DNA of 64,000 bases from Desulfobacterales bacterium (GCA_963674755.2 CAXXVS010000002.1:1024001-1088000), one strand, 5' to 3'. Positions 29,589 to 39,283 are shown, counted from the stretch's first letter. Made by a program: numbers and translations. Notes: a model not told the origin generated them from the sequence alone.

Positions 29589-30420
29589 TCAAGATATTCT
29601 ACGGCATCTTCATCTCCTTGAGCCCATTCCCAGCGCCACCCCGCCGGGTGGTCGACTTAGCGGGCCGATTCAAGCCGTCCTGTTCGATATATACGGCACC
29701 CTATTTATCAGCGGTTGCGGTGATATCGGTGTGACCGAAGCAAGCCCCCCCATTACATCCGCCTTAACGGATGTGTTGCGCACCTTCCACATCGAGACAT
29801 CACCGCCGGATCTCACCCGACACCTGCATCGCAAAATCCGTGACGAACACCGACGCAAACAGGCCGATGGCATCGGGTGCCCGGAAATCGATATTATTTC
29901 AATCTGGCAGGCGATTCTTGGCTGGGCCGATGAGAGGCGTGTACGCGCCTTCGCCCTTGCATACGAATGGGCGGTGAATCCCTGTTATCCCATGCCGGGC
30001 CTTGACCACACCCTACGCGTGCTTCGAGGTCGGGGACTGTCTCTGGGGCTTGTCTCGAACGCCCAGTTTTACACTCCCTTGCTGTTTGAATGGTTCCTGG
30101 GAGCCTCCCCCCCAGAGCTGGGCTTTGATGAAGAGCTGTCCGTATATTCCTATCGTTGCGGCGAAGCCAAACCAGCTAAAACATTATTTAACCGTTGTGC
30201 AACCAACCTCGGCCAAAAGGGTCTATCGCCCTCGTCTGTGGCCTATGTCGGCAATGACATGCGCAATGACATCCGGCCGGCCTCCGAAATGGGTTGGCAA
30301 ACCGTCCTCTTTGCCGGAGATCGCCGATCGTTGCGCCTGCGTCAAGACGACCGCGGCTGCCAGGGAATCCTTCCCGACCTGGTGATCACGGATTTACGCG
30401 AATTGCTTTATTGGCTCTGA
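29581..30420 (+). CDS. HAD-superfamily hydrolase
   Basis: FDIYGTL, VSNAQ, KP, YVGNDMRNDI; overlaps the GT stop. Confidence 0.88.
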   Translation: MADQDILRHLHLLEPIPSATPPGGRLSGPIQAVLFDIYGTLFISGCGDIGVTEASPPITSALTDVLRTFHIETSPPDLTRHLHRKIRDEHRRKQADGIGCPEIDIISIWQAILGWADERRVRAFALAYEWAVNPCYPMPGLDHTLRVLRGRGLSLGLVSNAQFYTPLLFEWFLGASPPELGFDEELSVYSYRCGEAKPAKTLFNRCATNLGQKGLSPSSVAYVGNDMRNDIRPASEMGWQTVLFAGDRRSLRLRQDDRGCQGILPDLVITDLRELLYWL

Positions 30421-30521
30421 CCTGCCGTTTTCGGGAGCCGTTTGCCACCCAAGGGGCAGGTGGTCAGCGTGTTGCATTCTAACTGTCTGATATTCATTTG
30501 GTAAAATGACGTTTTATTTGC

Positions 30522-30549
30522 TTGCAAAACACGTCAGGTGAGCTATAAT
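30522..30549 (+). promoter_or_regulatory. sigma70-like promoter
   Basis: TTGCAA-16 nt-TATAAT, about 235 bp before the CNNM gene. Confidence 0.5.
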
Positions 30550-30785
30550 TTCGAGCATTGGATGGTGATTTCAATTTTCCGGACGACCGGGGTCAGTCCG
30601 GATATCCCAAAAACAGAGTTTACCCATGTAAACCTATAGTGTCTGATTGTCATAAAGGAAGGCTGATTTCCCCCGACTTCGCCCGAAGTCTTTAGCGTTG
30701 CCGCTTCCGGTGCAATTCACCTGAATATGGCCTATGGGCAAACTCGTGGGCCGTACTTCGAACCATCACCCGCATACAATTATCA

Positions 30786-32003
30786 ATGTTCGATCAACTT
30801 GCGATTCTGGTTATTTTGCTCTTTCTTTCCGGCTTTTTTTCTTCGGCGGAAACCGCTCTTTTCTCCATCAGCCAGACCAAAGCGCGCCATCTGGCCAAAG
30901 ACGGCGGGCGGGCGGGCGCATTGATATGCGATATGAAAGAAAACCCGCACCGGCTGCTGACAACCATTCTTATCGGAAACAATGTGGTCAATGTCGGCGC
31001 AGCCTCCCTGGCCACCTCCCTGACCATCGGCATGTTTCCCGGGTATGCGGTGGGAATCGCCACCGGCGCGATGACCTTTCTGATCCTGGTTTTTGGCGAA
31101 GTCTTCCCCAAATCCATCGCCACCCGCAATAATGTGCTCATTGGCCGGCTTGCCATCTACCCGATCTATTGGCTTTCGATCCTGTTCTACCCGGTGTTGG
31201 TTTTCCTCAATTTCATTCCGTATTTAACCGGAAAAATCAAGAAATCGCCCCGGGTTACCGAAGAGGAACTGATGACCATTGTGGAGGCCGTCGAGGAAGA
31301 GGGTCAGATCAAGGAAGAAGAACGGGAACTGATTCACAACGTATTTGAATTCGATGATACCAACTCCTCCGAAATCATGACGCCGCGTGGCGATATGTTC
31401 GTCATCGATGCCGATGAGCCTTTGGATCTGCGCACCATCCTGTCATCCGGCTACACACGCATCCCGGTAATCGAAGGCGATATGGATCATATTGTCGGCA
31501 TCATCAATATCAAGGACCTTTTTTACCATTCCGTGATTTCCGATACACCCGTCGATGTGCGCCAAATTATGCGCCCCCCCTATTTTGTCCCCGAGCATAA
31601 AAAGCTGGATAAGCTCCTCCAGCAATTTAAAAAGCGGCGCAACCACATGGCGGTTGTCGTGGACGAACACGGCGGGGTGTCGGGGATCATCACGCTTGAA
31701 GACGCCATCGAAGAACTCGTGGGGGATATTTCGGACGAGACAGACAAGGAAGAGCAACACATTATCAGTCTCAAACCGAAAGAATGGGCGGTTCTGGGTA
31801 AAGCCGATATCGATGAGGTCAATCAGGAAATCCCCATGGGGATTCCCGATTCCAAGGAATACGACACCTTCTCTGGTTATGTCCTATACAGAATCGGGCG
31901 TATCCCCCAGGAAAAAGAGGAAATCACCATTGACGCTTTCCGTGTAACGGTCAAGGAAGTGGATGGCGTTCGTATCAAAAAATATATCGTTTGCCAAATC
32001 TAA
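30786..32003 (+). CDS. CNNM/TlyC/CorB-type protein (DUF21 + CBS pair + CorC_HlyC)
   Basis: SGFFSSAETALFS, LIGNNVVN, FGEVFPK, EIMTPR, VVDEHGG..GIITLED. Confidence 0.93.
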   Translation: MFDQLAILVILLFLSGFFSSAETALFSISQTKARHLAKDGGRAGALICDMKENPHRLLTTILIGNNVVNVGAASLATSLTIGMFPGYAVGIATGAMTFLILVFGEVFPKSIATRNNVLIGRLAIYPIYWLSILFYPVLVFLNFIPYLTGKIKKSPRVTEEELMTIVEAVEEEGQIKEEERELIHNVFEFDDTNSSEIMTPRGDMFVIDADEPLDLRTILSSGYTRIPVIEGDMDHIVGIINIKDLFYHSVISDTPVDVRQIMRPPYFVPEHKKLDKLLQQFKKRRNHMAVVVDEHGGVSGIITLEDAIEELVGDISDETDKEEQHIISLKPKEWAVLGKADIDEVNQEIPMGIPDSKEYDTFSGYVLYRIGRIPQEKEEITIDAFRVTVKEVDGVRIKKYIVCQI

Positions 32004-32013
32004 AACCCCACTG

Positions 32014-32577
32014 TTATTCTTTTACGCGCTCCACATACTGCCCCGTGCGCGTGTCAATGCGAATCTTCTCGCCCTCTTCCACAAATGGCGGAACCTGCAG
32101 AACATAGCCGGTTTCCAATGTGGCCGGTTTGGTGTCGCCCGAAGCCGTATCGCCCTTGACCCAGGGATCGGCCTTGACGATTCTCAGTTCGACAAAGATC
32201 GGCAGGGTCAGTCCGATGGACTTGCCATTGAAGAGCAGCACGCTGCAAACGGTATTTTCTTTAATCAGCTCGCGCGCATCGCCCACCTGCTCCCCTGAAA
32301 GAAATTCCTGCTCGTAAGTAGAGGTGTTCATGAAACAATAGTTTTCACCATCCTGGTACAGATATTCCATCTCCACCTCTTCCAGGCTGGCCGGTTGAAA
32401 TTTTTCACCGGAGCGATAGGTTTTGTCAAATTGGACTCCGGTAACCATGTTTTTCAATTTGCATTTATAAAGGGCTTGGCCCTTGCCTGGTTTGACGAAT
32501 TCGAACTGCGTAATGATGTAAGGTTCGCCATCGATTTCAATTTTCAGGCCTTTCTTCAACGATCCGGCATCTATCAT
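32014..32577 (-). CDS. efp: translation elongation factor P
   Basis: VKPGKG, KGDT, KPATLETG, VPPFV, IDTRTGQYVER. Confidence 0.97.
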   Translation of the reverse strand: MIDAGSLKKGLKIEIDGEPYIITQFEFVKPGKGQALYKCKLKNMVTGVQFDKTYRSGEKFQPASLEEVEMEYLYQDGENYCFMNTSTYEQEFLSGEQVGDARELIKENTVCSVLLFNGKSIGLTLPIFVELRIVKADPWVKGDTASGDTKPATLETGYVLQVPPFVEEGEKIRIDTRTGQYVERVKE

Positions 32578-32625
32578 CGTGGTTCCTCCAGTTAGTCTAA
32601 GCCCCAGGCGGACTGTGTTACAGGG

Positions 32626-33432
32626 TTAATGCCCTCCCGCCGGTTTTATCGGGAAAGGTCTATCTTGATCTTGGGCCGATGCCAAGCTAAGGGCGGCCCG
32701 TCGTGCTTCGTCGACAAAACGCCGCACACGTTCCATATCTTTTTTAAACCTTACGGGGTCTCCATGTCGGTCCAGCATATTGGTGCGTGTACAGCTGTCC
32801 ACCCCGGCCGGCACGACATTCAAAATTGCGTCATAAACGTTTTCCGGCGACAGGCCGCCGGCCAGAATCACCGGTATGTCTGATCTTCTCACAAGCTCCC
32901 GGGCGGTTTGCCAGTGGCAGGTTTTCCCCGTGATACCCACAAAACCGTCGACCGGTTGGTCGGTCATGCCCGAATTGGAAGACAGCACCGTATCGGTAAG
33001 CAGCAGGTCGCTGACCGGTTGAAACATCTGGGACAGCGCCAAGGTCGGGACAGAGGTGTCACCCGGTTGTCGCCCGATGGGGATGGATCGCATGATCGCA
33101 ATCCCGGGGAAACGCGACCGCACCTCCCGCTGCAGGTCGATGAGACGCCGGCAAGCTTCCCGGCCCCATGACGTTAGCATCAGTACATCGCAAAAATGCA
33201 CGATATCGGGACGGAAATAATCCAAGGCCTGGAAAACGGTGGTAGGATCGTTGAACAGTGGAATCAGGGAACTCTTTTTCCCGCAGCTCTGAACAGCGCG
33301 CACCGTGTCGCGGATGACCGGCTGCTGCCAAGCATCGGCGGACAGCAGAACGCTTCCGATATGATCAACCCCGATGGCACATAGCAGATCGACCTCTTCG
33401 GGGGTCTGAATTTCGTATACCTGGGTGATCAA
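32626..33432 (-). CDS. TrpF-like (phosphoribosylanthranilate isomerase fold) protein
   Basis: GVDHIG, LLLTD, GITGKT, ILAGGLSPENV, PAGVDS; lacks canonical KICG. Confidence 0.75.
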   Translation of the reverse strand: MITQVYEIQTPEEVDLLCAIGVDHIGSVLLSADAWQQPVIRDTVRAVQSCGKKSSLIPLFNDPTTVFQALDYFRPDIVHFCDVLMLTSWGREACRRLIDLQREVRSRFPGIAIMRSIPIGRQPGDTSVPTLALSQMFQPVSDLLLTDTVLSSNSGMTDQPVDGFVGITGKTCHWQTARELVRRSDIPVILAGGLSPENVYDAILNVVPAGVDSCTRTNMLDRHGDPVRFKKDMERVRRFVDEARRAALSLASAQDQDRPFPIKPAGGH

Positions 33433-33775
33433 AAGGGGTTATTTCCCGTCATCAGCGTCGTACCAACACTTCCGTCCGGTGAGCATTTCAACCGTTTTTC
33501 CCTGCCATGGCCGGTCATAATCGGTGCTACAATTCGGTTGACTTTTGGAGCGGTCTCTAACATATTCAGCTTGAATTCGCAATCGGATCGATCCATTAGC
33601 AATCCCTGCCCGGCGTTTTGATCGGCACACCCCCAAGGCGTTTACAAACCGCCGCGATCACCCGCCGCCGGACGGACGAAAATACAAAAAACAGGAGCAT
33701 TGTCAGCATCAAGAAGGTTTTACCCTTATCCAGCGCGCCAGCGGCCGTAATCCGGCGCTAAGCCGCCATCCATGC

Positions 33776-33802
33776 AGGCGCCTCCTGGAAGCGCCTTTTT
33801 TT
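33776..33802 (+). terminator. terminator-like hairpin immediately before guaA
   Basis: AGGCGC-CTCCTGGAA-GCGCCT with a T7 run, 10 nt before the ATG. Confidence 0.6.
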
Positions 33803-33812
33803 AGAGGTTCGT

Positions 33813-35342
33813 ATGATCCTAATCATAGATTTCGGTTCCCAGTTCAACCAACTCATTGCCCGCCGGGTGCGCGAATGCCATGTCTACTGCCAGATTGAGC
33901 CGCCTGCGATCAGCTGCGCGCAAGTCAAACAACTCGCGCCCGAAGGCATCATCCTCTCCGGAGGCCCTTCCAGTATTTACGAGCCCCGCAGCCCCAAGAT
34001 CGACCCTGCCATTCTCGACCTCGGCATCCCTGTTCTGGGGATTTGTTATGGCTTGCAATACATGGTGCATACGCTGGGCGGCCACGTGGCCCGTTCCGAC
34101 AAGCGAGAGTATGGGTTTGCTGAATTCCAGATAAAGAAGGATGACGGCCTTTTCAAAGGCCTTACCGACCGCAGCACCTGTTGGATGAGCCATGGGGATT
34201 CCATTACCAAACTGCCCCCGGGGTTCAAGATTACCGGTTCGACGGAAAACACGCCTATTGCGGCGGCCAGTAATCCCCGGCGCAGGCTCTACGGCCTTCA
34301 ATTTCACCCGGAAGTGGAACATACCCCCCGTGGCAAAAAAATCATCCATAACTTTTTGTACGGCGTGTGCCATTGCCGCCGATCTTGGACCATGCAATCG
34401 TTTGCCACGCAGACCGTTGCGGACATCCGCAATCGCGTGGGCGACAAGAAGGTTATCCTGGGCCTCAGCGGCGGCGTCGACTCATCGGTAGCCGCCCTGC
34501 TCATTCATCGGGCGGTCGGCCGCAACCTGACCTGCATTTTTGTCGACAACGGCCTTCTCCGCAAGGATGAAGCCCAAAAACTGAAAAGCGTTTTCAAACA
34601 GAACCTGAAGATCAACATCCGTTCCGTCAAGGCGTCCCGTCTGTTCCTCAACGCCCTCAAAGACGTCCAGGACCCCGAGCGCAAGCGCAAGATCATCGGG
34701 AAATTGTTTATGGACGTCTTTGAAGCCGAAGCCCGGAAAATCAAAGAAGCGGACTTCCTGGCCCAGGGAACCCTCTACCCGGACATCATCGAATCCCGGA
34801 GTGCCTTCGGCGGCCCGACCTCCGTCATCAAGTCCCATCACAACGTGGGGGGGCTGCCCAAAAAAATGAAGCTCAAGCTGGTCGAACCCCTCAAGTATCT
34901 CTTTAAAGACGAGGTCCGCAAGCTTGGTCAAACACTTGGACTCCCCGAAGACATGACCTGGCGGCAACCATTTCCCGGCCCCGGTTTGGCGATACGAATC
35001 ATCGGCAACGTCACAGCGAAACGCCTTAAAATTTTACGTGAAGCCGACGATCTCCTCATGCAGGAGATTAAAGCGGCCGGCTATTATAAGAAACTATGGC
35101 AGTCCTTTGCCGTATTGCTGCCGTTGAAAAGTGTCGGTGTCATGGGGGACATGCGAACTTATGAAAATATTGTCGCCGTCCGGGCGGTCACCAGCAAGGA
35201 CGCCATGACAGCCGATTGGGCGCGTTTGCCGCATAGATTGCTCAACCGCATTTCCAATCGGATTATCAACGAAGTCGACGGCGTCAATCGCGTCGTCTAC
35301 GATATCAGTTCCAAGCCGCCTGGAACCATTGAGTGGGAATAA
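33813..35342 (+). CDS. guaA: GMP synthase (glutamine-hydrolysing)
   Basis: DFGSQ, GICYG, QFHPEV, SGGVDS, IKSHHNVGG, PFPGPGL, SKPPGTIEWE. Confidence 0.98.
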   Translation: MILIIDFGSQFNQLIARRVRECHVYCQIEPPAISCAQVKQLAPEGIILSGGPSSIYEPRSPKIDPAILDLGIPVLGICYGLQYMVHTLGGHVARSDKREYGFAEFQIKKDDGLFKGLTDRSTCWMSHGDSITKLPPGFKITGSTENTPIAAASNPRRRLYGLQFHPEVEHTPRGKKIIHNFLYGVCHCRRSWTMQSFATQTVADIRNRVGDKKVILGLSGGVDSSVAALLIHRAVGRNLTCIFVDNGLLRKDEAQKLKSVFKQNLKINIRSVKASRLFLNALKDVQDPERKRKIIGKLFMDVFEAEARKIKEADFLAQGTLYPDIIESRSAFGGPTSVIKSHHNVGGLPKKMKLKLVEPLKYLFKDEVRKLGQTLGLPEDMTWRQPFPGPGLAIRIIGNVTAKRLKILREADDLLMQEIKAAGYYKKLWQSFAVLLPLKSVGVMGDMRTYENIVAVRAVTSKDAMTADWARLPHRLLNRISNRIINEVDGVNRVVYDISSKPPGTIEWE

Positions 35343-35348
35343 CCTAAA

Positions 35349-36200
35349 ATGAGCGTCAACGATTCCGACAGCTTCCGGCTGGGAACCCTGGATGATACCG
35401 GCGAGGTCGCGCCTGCGGTTGATGATACCGAACGTTTCGAATTGCAGATAAAAAAAGTCAAACGCCGAATGCGGTGGTTCATGTTCTGGCTGATTTTGCT
35501 GGTGGCCATCCTCTTCGCCGCGGGATATTGGGATCTTAAAAATCGTTTTGCGATGCAAACCAACAGCGGTATTCGGGAGATTGCGAATATCTCCACGGTC
35601 TTTGAAGACCGCTTCAACGAATTGCAGAAACGGATCGATGATGTGGGCAATTCCCTATCCCAGGAAATGACCTCCTTGGATCAGAAGACGGTGGTTTCGC
35701 AAAAAGATCTGGCCGCCTTGCGGCAAAAGATCGAGAAACTCGATGTCTCCGGTGTGGTGGAAAAAAAACAAAAAGCCATTCTCCAGGAAGTTCGCAAAGA
35801 GGTTGCCCCTCTTGATCAGCGCATCAAGTCCTTGCAGTCTGAATTGGCCGCGCTTGACAAGAAAATGCAGTCCCAGGTCAAACCGCTGTCAGACTCTCTG
35901 GCCAGCAACACCCAGAGAATCGAAGCCTTGAAAAACCGGATAGGACCTCTGAGCGGCGAAATTGTCAACCGGGACATGCTCGATCTGGAGCTTTTGAAGC
36001 TCCGCAAAGCCTACCGCCAAAGTATGGCAGACGAAGTTTCAGGGATGAACAAGCAGATCCATCTCCTCACCGAGAAAGTGGAACGGTTGCAACGCAGACT
36101 GGCGTCCGCGAATGCACCGGCCACCAACGCGGGGCCTTCCGGCAACGCGCAACCGTCCACCGGAAACACCACCGGGATTCAAGAACAGCCGCTGCCCTGA
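35349..36200 (+). CDS. single-pass membrane coiled-coil hypothetical protein
   Basis: one hydrophobic helix (WFMFWLILLVAILFAAGYW), then heptad-rich region; 6 nt after guaA. Confidence 0.75.
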   Translation: MSVNDSDSFRLGTLDDTGEVAPAVDDTERFELQIKKVKRRMRWFMFWLILLVAILFAAGYWDLKNRFAMQTNSGIREIANISTVFEDRFNELQKRIDDVGNSLSQEMTSLDQKTVVSQKDLAALRQKIEKLDVSGVVEKKQKAILQEVRKEVAPLDQRIKSLQSELAALDKKMQSQVKPLSDSLASNTQRIEALKNRIGPLSGEIVNRDMLDLELLKLRKAYRQSMADEVSGMNKQIHLLTEKVERLQRRLASANAPATNAGPSGNAQPSTGNTTGIQEQPLP

Positions 36201-36245
36201 AGTTGTCGTTACGCGACCGTTATTGACATGAATGGGGCATCCCCA

Positions 36246-36995
36246 ATGGATCGAAAGCATCTCACACAACTCTTGCACAATGTCGCGGACGGCGTCCTCA
36301 CGATCGACGAGGCCACCCGACGCTTGTCGCACCTCGACTACGAAGATATCGCCTTCGCTCACATCGATCACCATCGTTCCCTCCGGAAAGGCTTCCCGGA
36401 AGTCATTTATGGCGAGGGCAAATCCGTTGACCAGATCATCGCCATCATGGAGCGCATGGCGGAGCAGGAGTCCGCGATTCTGGTAACGCGGTTAACGGCC
36501 GTACGCGCGGAACGCGTGATGGCGTCCGTTCCCGGCTGCCAATATGCTGAGGATGCCCGTATGATTGTGTGGGGGAGCCCTCCGGATGGGATTCAGGTCA
36601 GGGGGACGGTCCTGGTGATATCGGCCGGAACATCGGACATTCCGGTGGCGCGCGAAGCCCTGCTAACGGCTGAGATCATGGGCAATCCGGTGCGGTCCCT
36701 CTTCGATGTGGGGGTCGCCGGGCTGCACCGCCTGCTGGCGCATCGCGACCTGATCGAATCAGCCGCCGTGCTGGTCGTCGCTGCGGGCATGGAGGGTGCC
36801 CTACCCAGCGTGATCGCGGGAATGGTGGCACGGCCGGTCATCGCCGTCCCCACCAGCGTTGGCTACGGAACCAGCTTAGGCGGTGTTGCCGCTCTGCTTT
36901 CCATGCTGAACAGCTGCAGCTCCAATGTCGCAGTTGTCAATATCGACAATGGGTTCGGGGCCGGGTTTATGGCTTCCATGATCAACCGCCTATAG
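36246..36995 (+). CDS. larB: nickel-pincer cofactor biosynthesis protein LarB
   Basis: GFPEVIYGEGK, AGTSDIPVA, DVGVAGLHR, AGMEGALPS, VPTSVGYG, VNIDNGFGA. Confidence 0.95.
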   Translation: MDRKHLTQLLHNVADGVLTIDEATRRLSHLDYEDIAFAHIDHHRSLRKGFPEVIYGEGKSVDQIIAIMERMAEQESAILVTRLTAVRAERVMASVPGCQYAEDARMIVWGSPPDGIQVRGTVLVISAGTSDIPVAREALLTAEIMGNPVRSLFDVGVAGLHRLLAHRDLIESAAVLVVAAGMEGALPSVIAGMVARPVIAVPTSVGYGTSLGGVAALLSMLNSCSSNVAVVNIDNGFGAGFMASMINRL

Positions 36996-37032
36996 AAGGC
37001 TTGCCGGCCCTCTCACGATTCTTGCGCACGCC

Positions 37033-37239
37033 TTATCGTTCTGCCATTCGTCGATGATCGAAATAGCGGACAACCGCTGCTGTATAAGCGCGCCGCAACG
37101 CTGCCGCCTCCCGCCGCCTTAATGGATCTTCACCAATCGCGTTCATTCGTGCAATGATGTCGGCGATCCTGGCGCAGGCATGACGATAAGCCGGCTTGCC
37201 AATTGCCGCTGGGTACTCTTTGCCGTTGAAGTTTCTCAT
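37033..37239 (-). CDS. small basic hypothetical protein
   Basis: ATGA overlap with the stop of the CheX-FliN gene suggests translational coupling. Confidence 0.5.
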   Translation of the reverse strand: MRNFNGKEYPAAIGKPAYRHACARIADIIARMNAIGEDPLRRREAAALRRAYTAAVVRYFDHRRMAER

Positions 37240-38897
37240 GCGACCAGACGCCCTGCTCTCTCCGCCGTGCATAGGATCTCTTTGATACGGATCCCATATT
37301 TGTCGTTTTCCACAAGGACTTCGCCTTTGGCGATCAGGCGGTTGTTGGCCCGAATATCCAGGGTTTCACCTTCCAGGTTGGAAAGCACGATAGCAGAGCC
37401 TTTTCCAAGTCCCAGAATATCCTTGATGTTCATTTTGGTTCGGCCCAGTTCGACGACGATATGGACGGGAATATCCTGAATAAAGGAAACATTTCCCCGC
37501 ATATCCGAATCGGTTGCTTCTGGTTTATCGCCGGTTGCCGATGCCGTGGCGGACGGCAAAGTCGATGCATGATCGGCCGCTTTTTCGCCCTCATTGTCGG
37601 ATGCCAGGGTGGTTGACGTCGCGGGATTTCTCTCGACCTGCCTGTCATGGGATCCCTTGTCGTTATTGGCGGACGCCAATAGAGCCTGAATCGCATCGTC
37701 ATCCAGGGTCTGATTGCTGTGGTCTTCCTCGGCCGAGGATTCGGAATGGGTTGCTGCCGCCGGGTCGGCTTCGTTCTGTCCTTCCTGATTGGCAGCCGCA
37801 ATCATTTTCTGGATAGCATCATCATCCAGCGGCGGCTGCGTTTCGCCCTCCATGTTTTGTGCAGCCGACGATTGCACGGGTTCCGGCTCATCGATCTTGA
37901 CACATACTTCTACCAGAATATCGTGATCGTTCAGTTTAAAAGAAAACCGTTCATAACGGTCCATATTCAGGATTTCGATGTCGAAGTCCAACCCCACGGT
38001 CAGCGAGGGCGTGGAAATCTGACAATCGAGGCCGGTATCGCAGAAAGCCGCCTTCAGATTGCCCCCGAGGATATTGGTCATTTCCCCGATAACGTCTTTG
38101 ACGGTCTCAATATCCTGGACTTCGTCAAGTTCCTGTCCCAGCATGCCGGCCGTAATCATGCGCGCAAATATTTTGGATACCTGAAACTGGATGCTACCGT
38201 GGACCCCCCCGGCAAAATCCACGGCCCCCATAACCCGAAAATCTTCCGATCCTTCAAAGGGCTCCCGATCGGAAAGATCTACTTCAAGCGACAACATGGT
38301 ATCGAAAAGTTCGATGATAGAGTCACCCACCGATGAAATGATATCGAGTCGCTGGAACTTGGAGATGTCGATCTTTTTTAGTTTCAGAATCGAGTGCAGA
38401 TCCGATTCGTCTTCCGGCACGAATTTCAGGGCGATTTCAACGCAGATGGATTCATCGCCGTAGGTGAAGGCAAATTTATCGTAGCGCTCCATGTGAAGGG
38501 TCTGGATCTGAAAATGATTGCCGGTCGTGATGGATGGCGTTGAGATCTGGCAGGCTAATCCGGCATCACAGAAATTGGATTTGAGGCCGCCGGCAACGAT
38601 ATTACACACTTCACGCAGGACGTCTTTGACCTCTTCGTCGCTTTCGATCTCCTCGATCTCCATACCCAGCATGCCGGCGGCCATTTCCCGTGCCATGTTC
38701 CGGGATACGCGGATATTGACACTGCCATTGACTTTGCCAGCCAGGCTGACGAATCCCACCAGGACGATTTCATTCTCGTCGCGTTCTTCAGATGCCTCTT
38801 CGACCGGTGTGATCTCCATGGACAGCATCGTGTCGAACAGTTCAACTACGGCTCCCCTGACGGACTGGATGATGTCGTTATTTTTTTCGTCTGTCAT
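37236..38897 (-). CDS. fliN: flagellar switch protein FliN fused to two N-terminal CheX-like domains
   Basis: two ~155-aa repeats with REVCNIVAG and GEMTNILGG plus ISTPS; C-terminal DIPVHIVVELGRT, LIAKGEV, YGIRI. Confidence 0.85.
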   Translation of the reverse strand: MTDEKNNDIIQSVRGAVVELFDTMLSMEITPVEEASEERDENEIVLVGFVSLAGKVNGSVNIRVSRNMAREMAAGMLGMEIEEIESDEEVKDVLREVCNIVAGGLKSNFCDAGLACQISTPSITTGNHFQIQTLHMERYDKFAFTYGDESICVEIALKFVPEDESDLHSILKLKKIDISKFQRLDIISSVGDSIIELFDTMLSLEVDLSDREPFEGSEDFRVMGAVDFAGGVHGSIQFQVSKIFARMITAGMLGQELDEVQDIETVKDVIGEMTNILGGNLKAAFCDTGLDCQISTPSLTVGLDFDIEILNMDRYERFSFKLNDHDILVEVCVKIDEPEPVQSSAAQNMEGETQPPLDDDAIQKMIAAANQEGQNEADPAAATHSESSAEEDHSNQTLDDDAIQALLASANNDKGSHDRQVERNPATSTTLASDNEGEKAADHASTLPSATASATGDKPEATDSDMRGNVSFIQDIPVHIVVELGRTKMNIKDILGLGKGSAIVLSNLEGETLDIRANNRLIAKGEVLVENDKYGIRIKEILCTAERAGRLVA

Positions 38898-38990
38898 AAA
38901 TGCAACGCTTTCCGATCCGGAATTGGTGTGGTCGCCATTTCTCCATAATCATCGCGGGTGCGCTTCAAGATTGGCGCTGTCAGGAAAATA

Positions 38991-39006
38991 AGCAAGATAG
39001 GTGCCA
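38991..39006 (-). promoter_or_regulatory. sigma54 promoter for the CheX-FliN gene
   Basis: minus strand TGGCACCTATCTTGCT, full match to TGGCAC-N5-TTGC. Confidence 0.85.
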
Positions 39007-39283
39007 GCAATTTGGGAATTTGGTCTGAGAAAAGCGACCGCACGTGCTTTATCTGTTTTTTGATCGCGCCTTTTGCCGCTATGATTGCTATCGGAAACCG
39101 CGGTGCTTAGCGCCATTCTTACATTTGAACAGGCCTCTATTGCGGCATCACTTGAGGCGGCCGTTGCGACTGCCTCAAAGGACCATGAGCATCGCAGGCC
39201 GCCGTTTTTTTGACAGCTGTCACAAATGGCAACAGCGCTGAAGCATCCCTTTTGTCATATTCGAAATTTCCGGCAGATGGACA

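Noticed and set aside
33430..33452. Programmed -1 frameshift from ATG ACG GGA AAT AAC CCC TTT TGA into the TrpF-like frame
   Set aside because: Not a canonical slippery heptamer in that frame, and a TTG start explains the gene; a homopolymer miscall cannot be excluded.
36246..36995. PurE (suggested by proximity to guaA)
   Set aside because: The N-terminal extension and GMEGAL/PTSVGYG/NIDNG motifs identify LarB; isolated larB is common.
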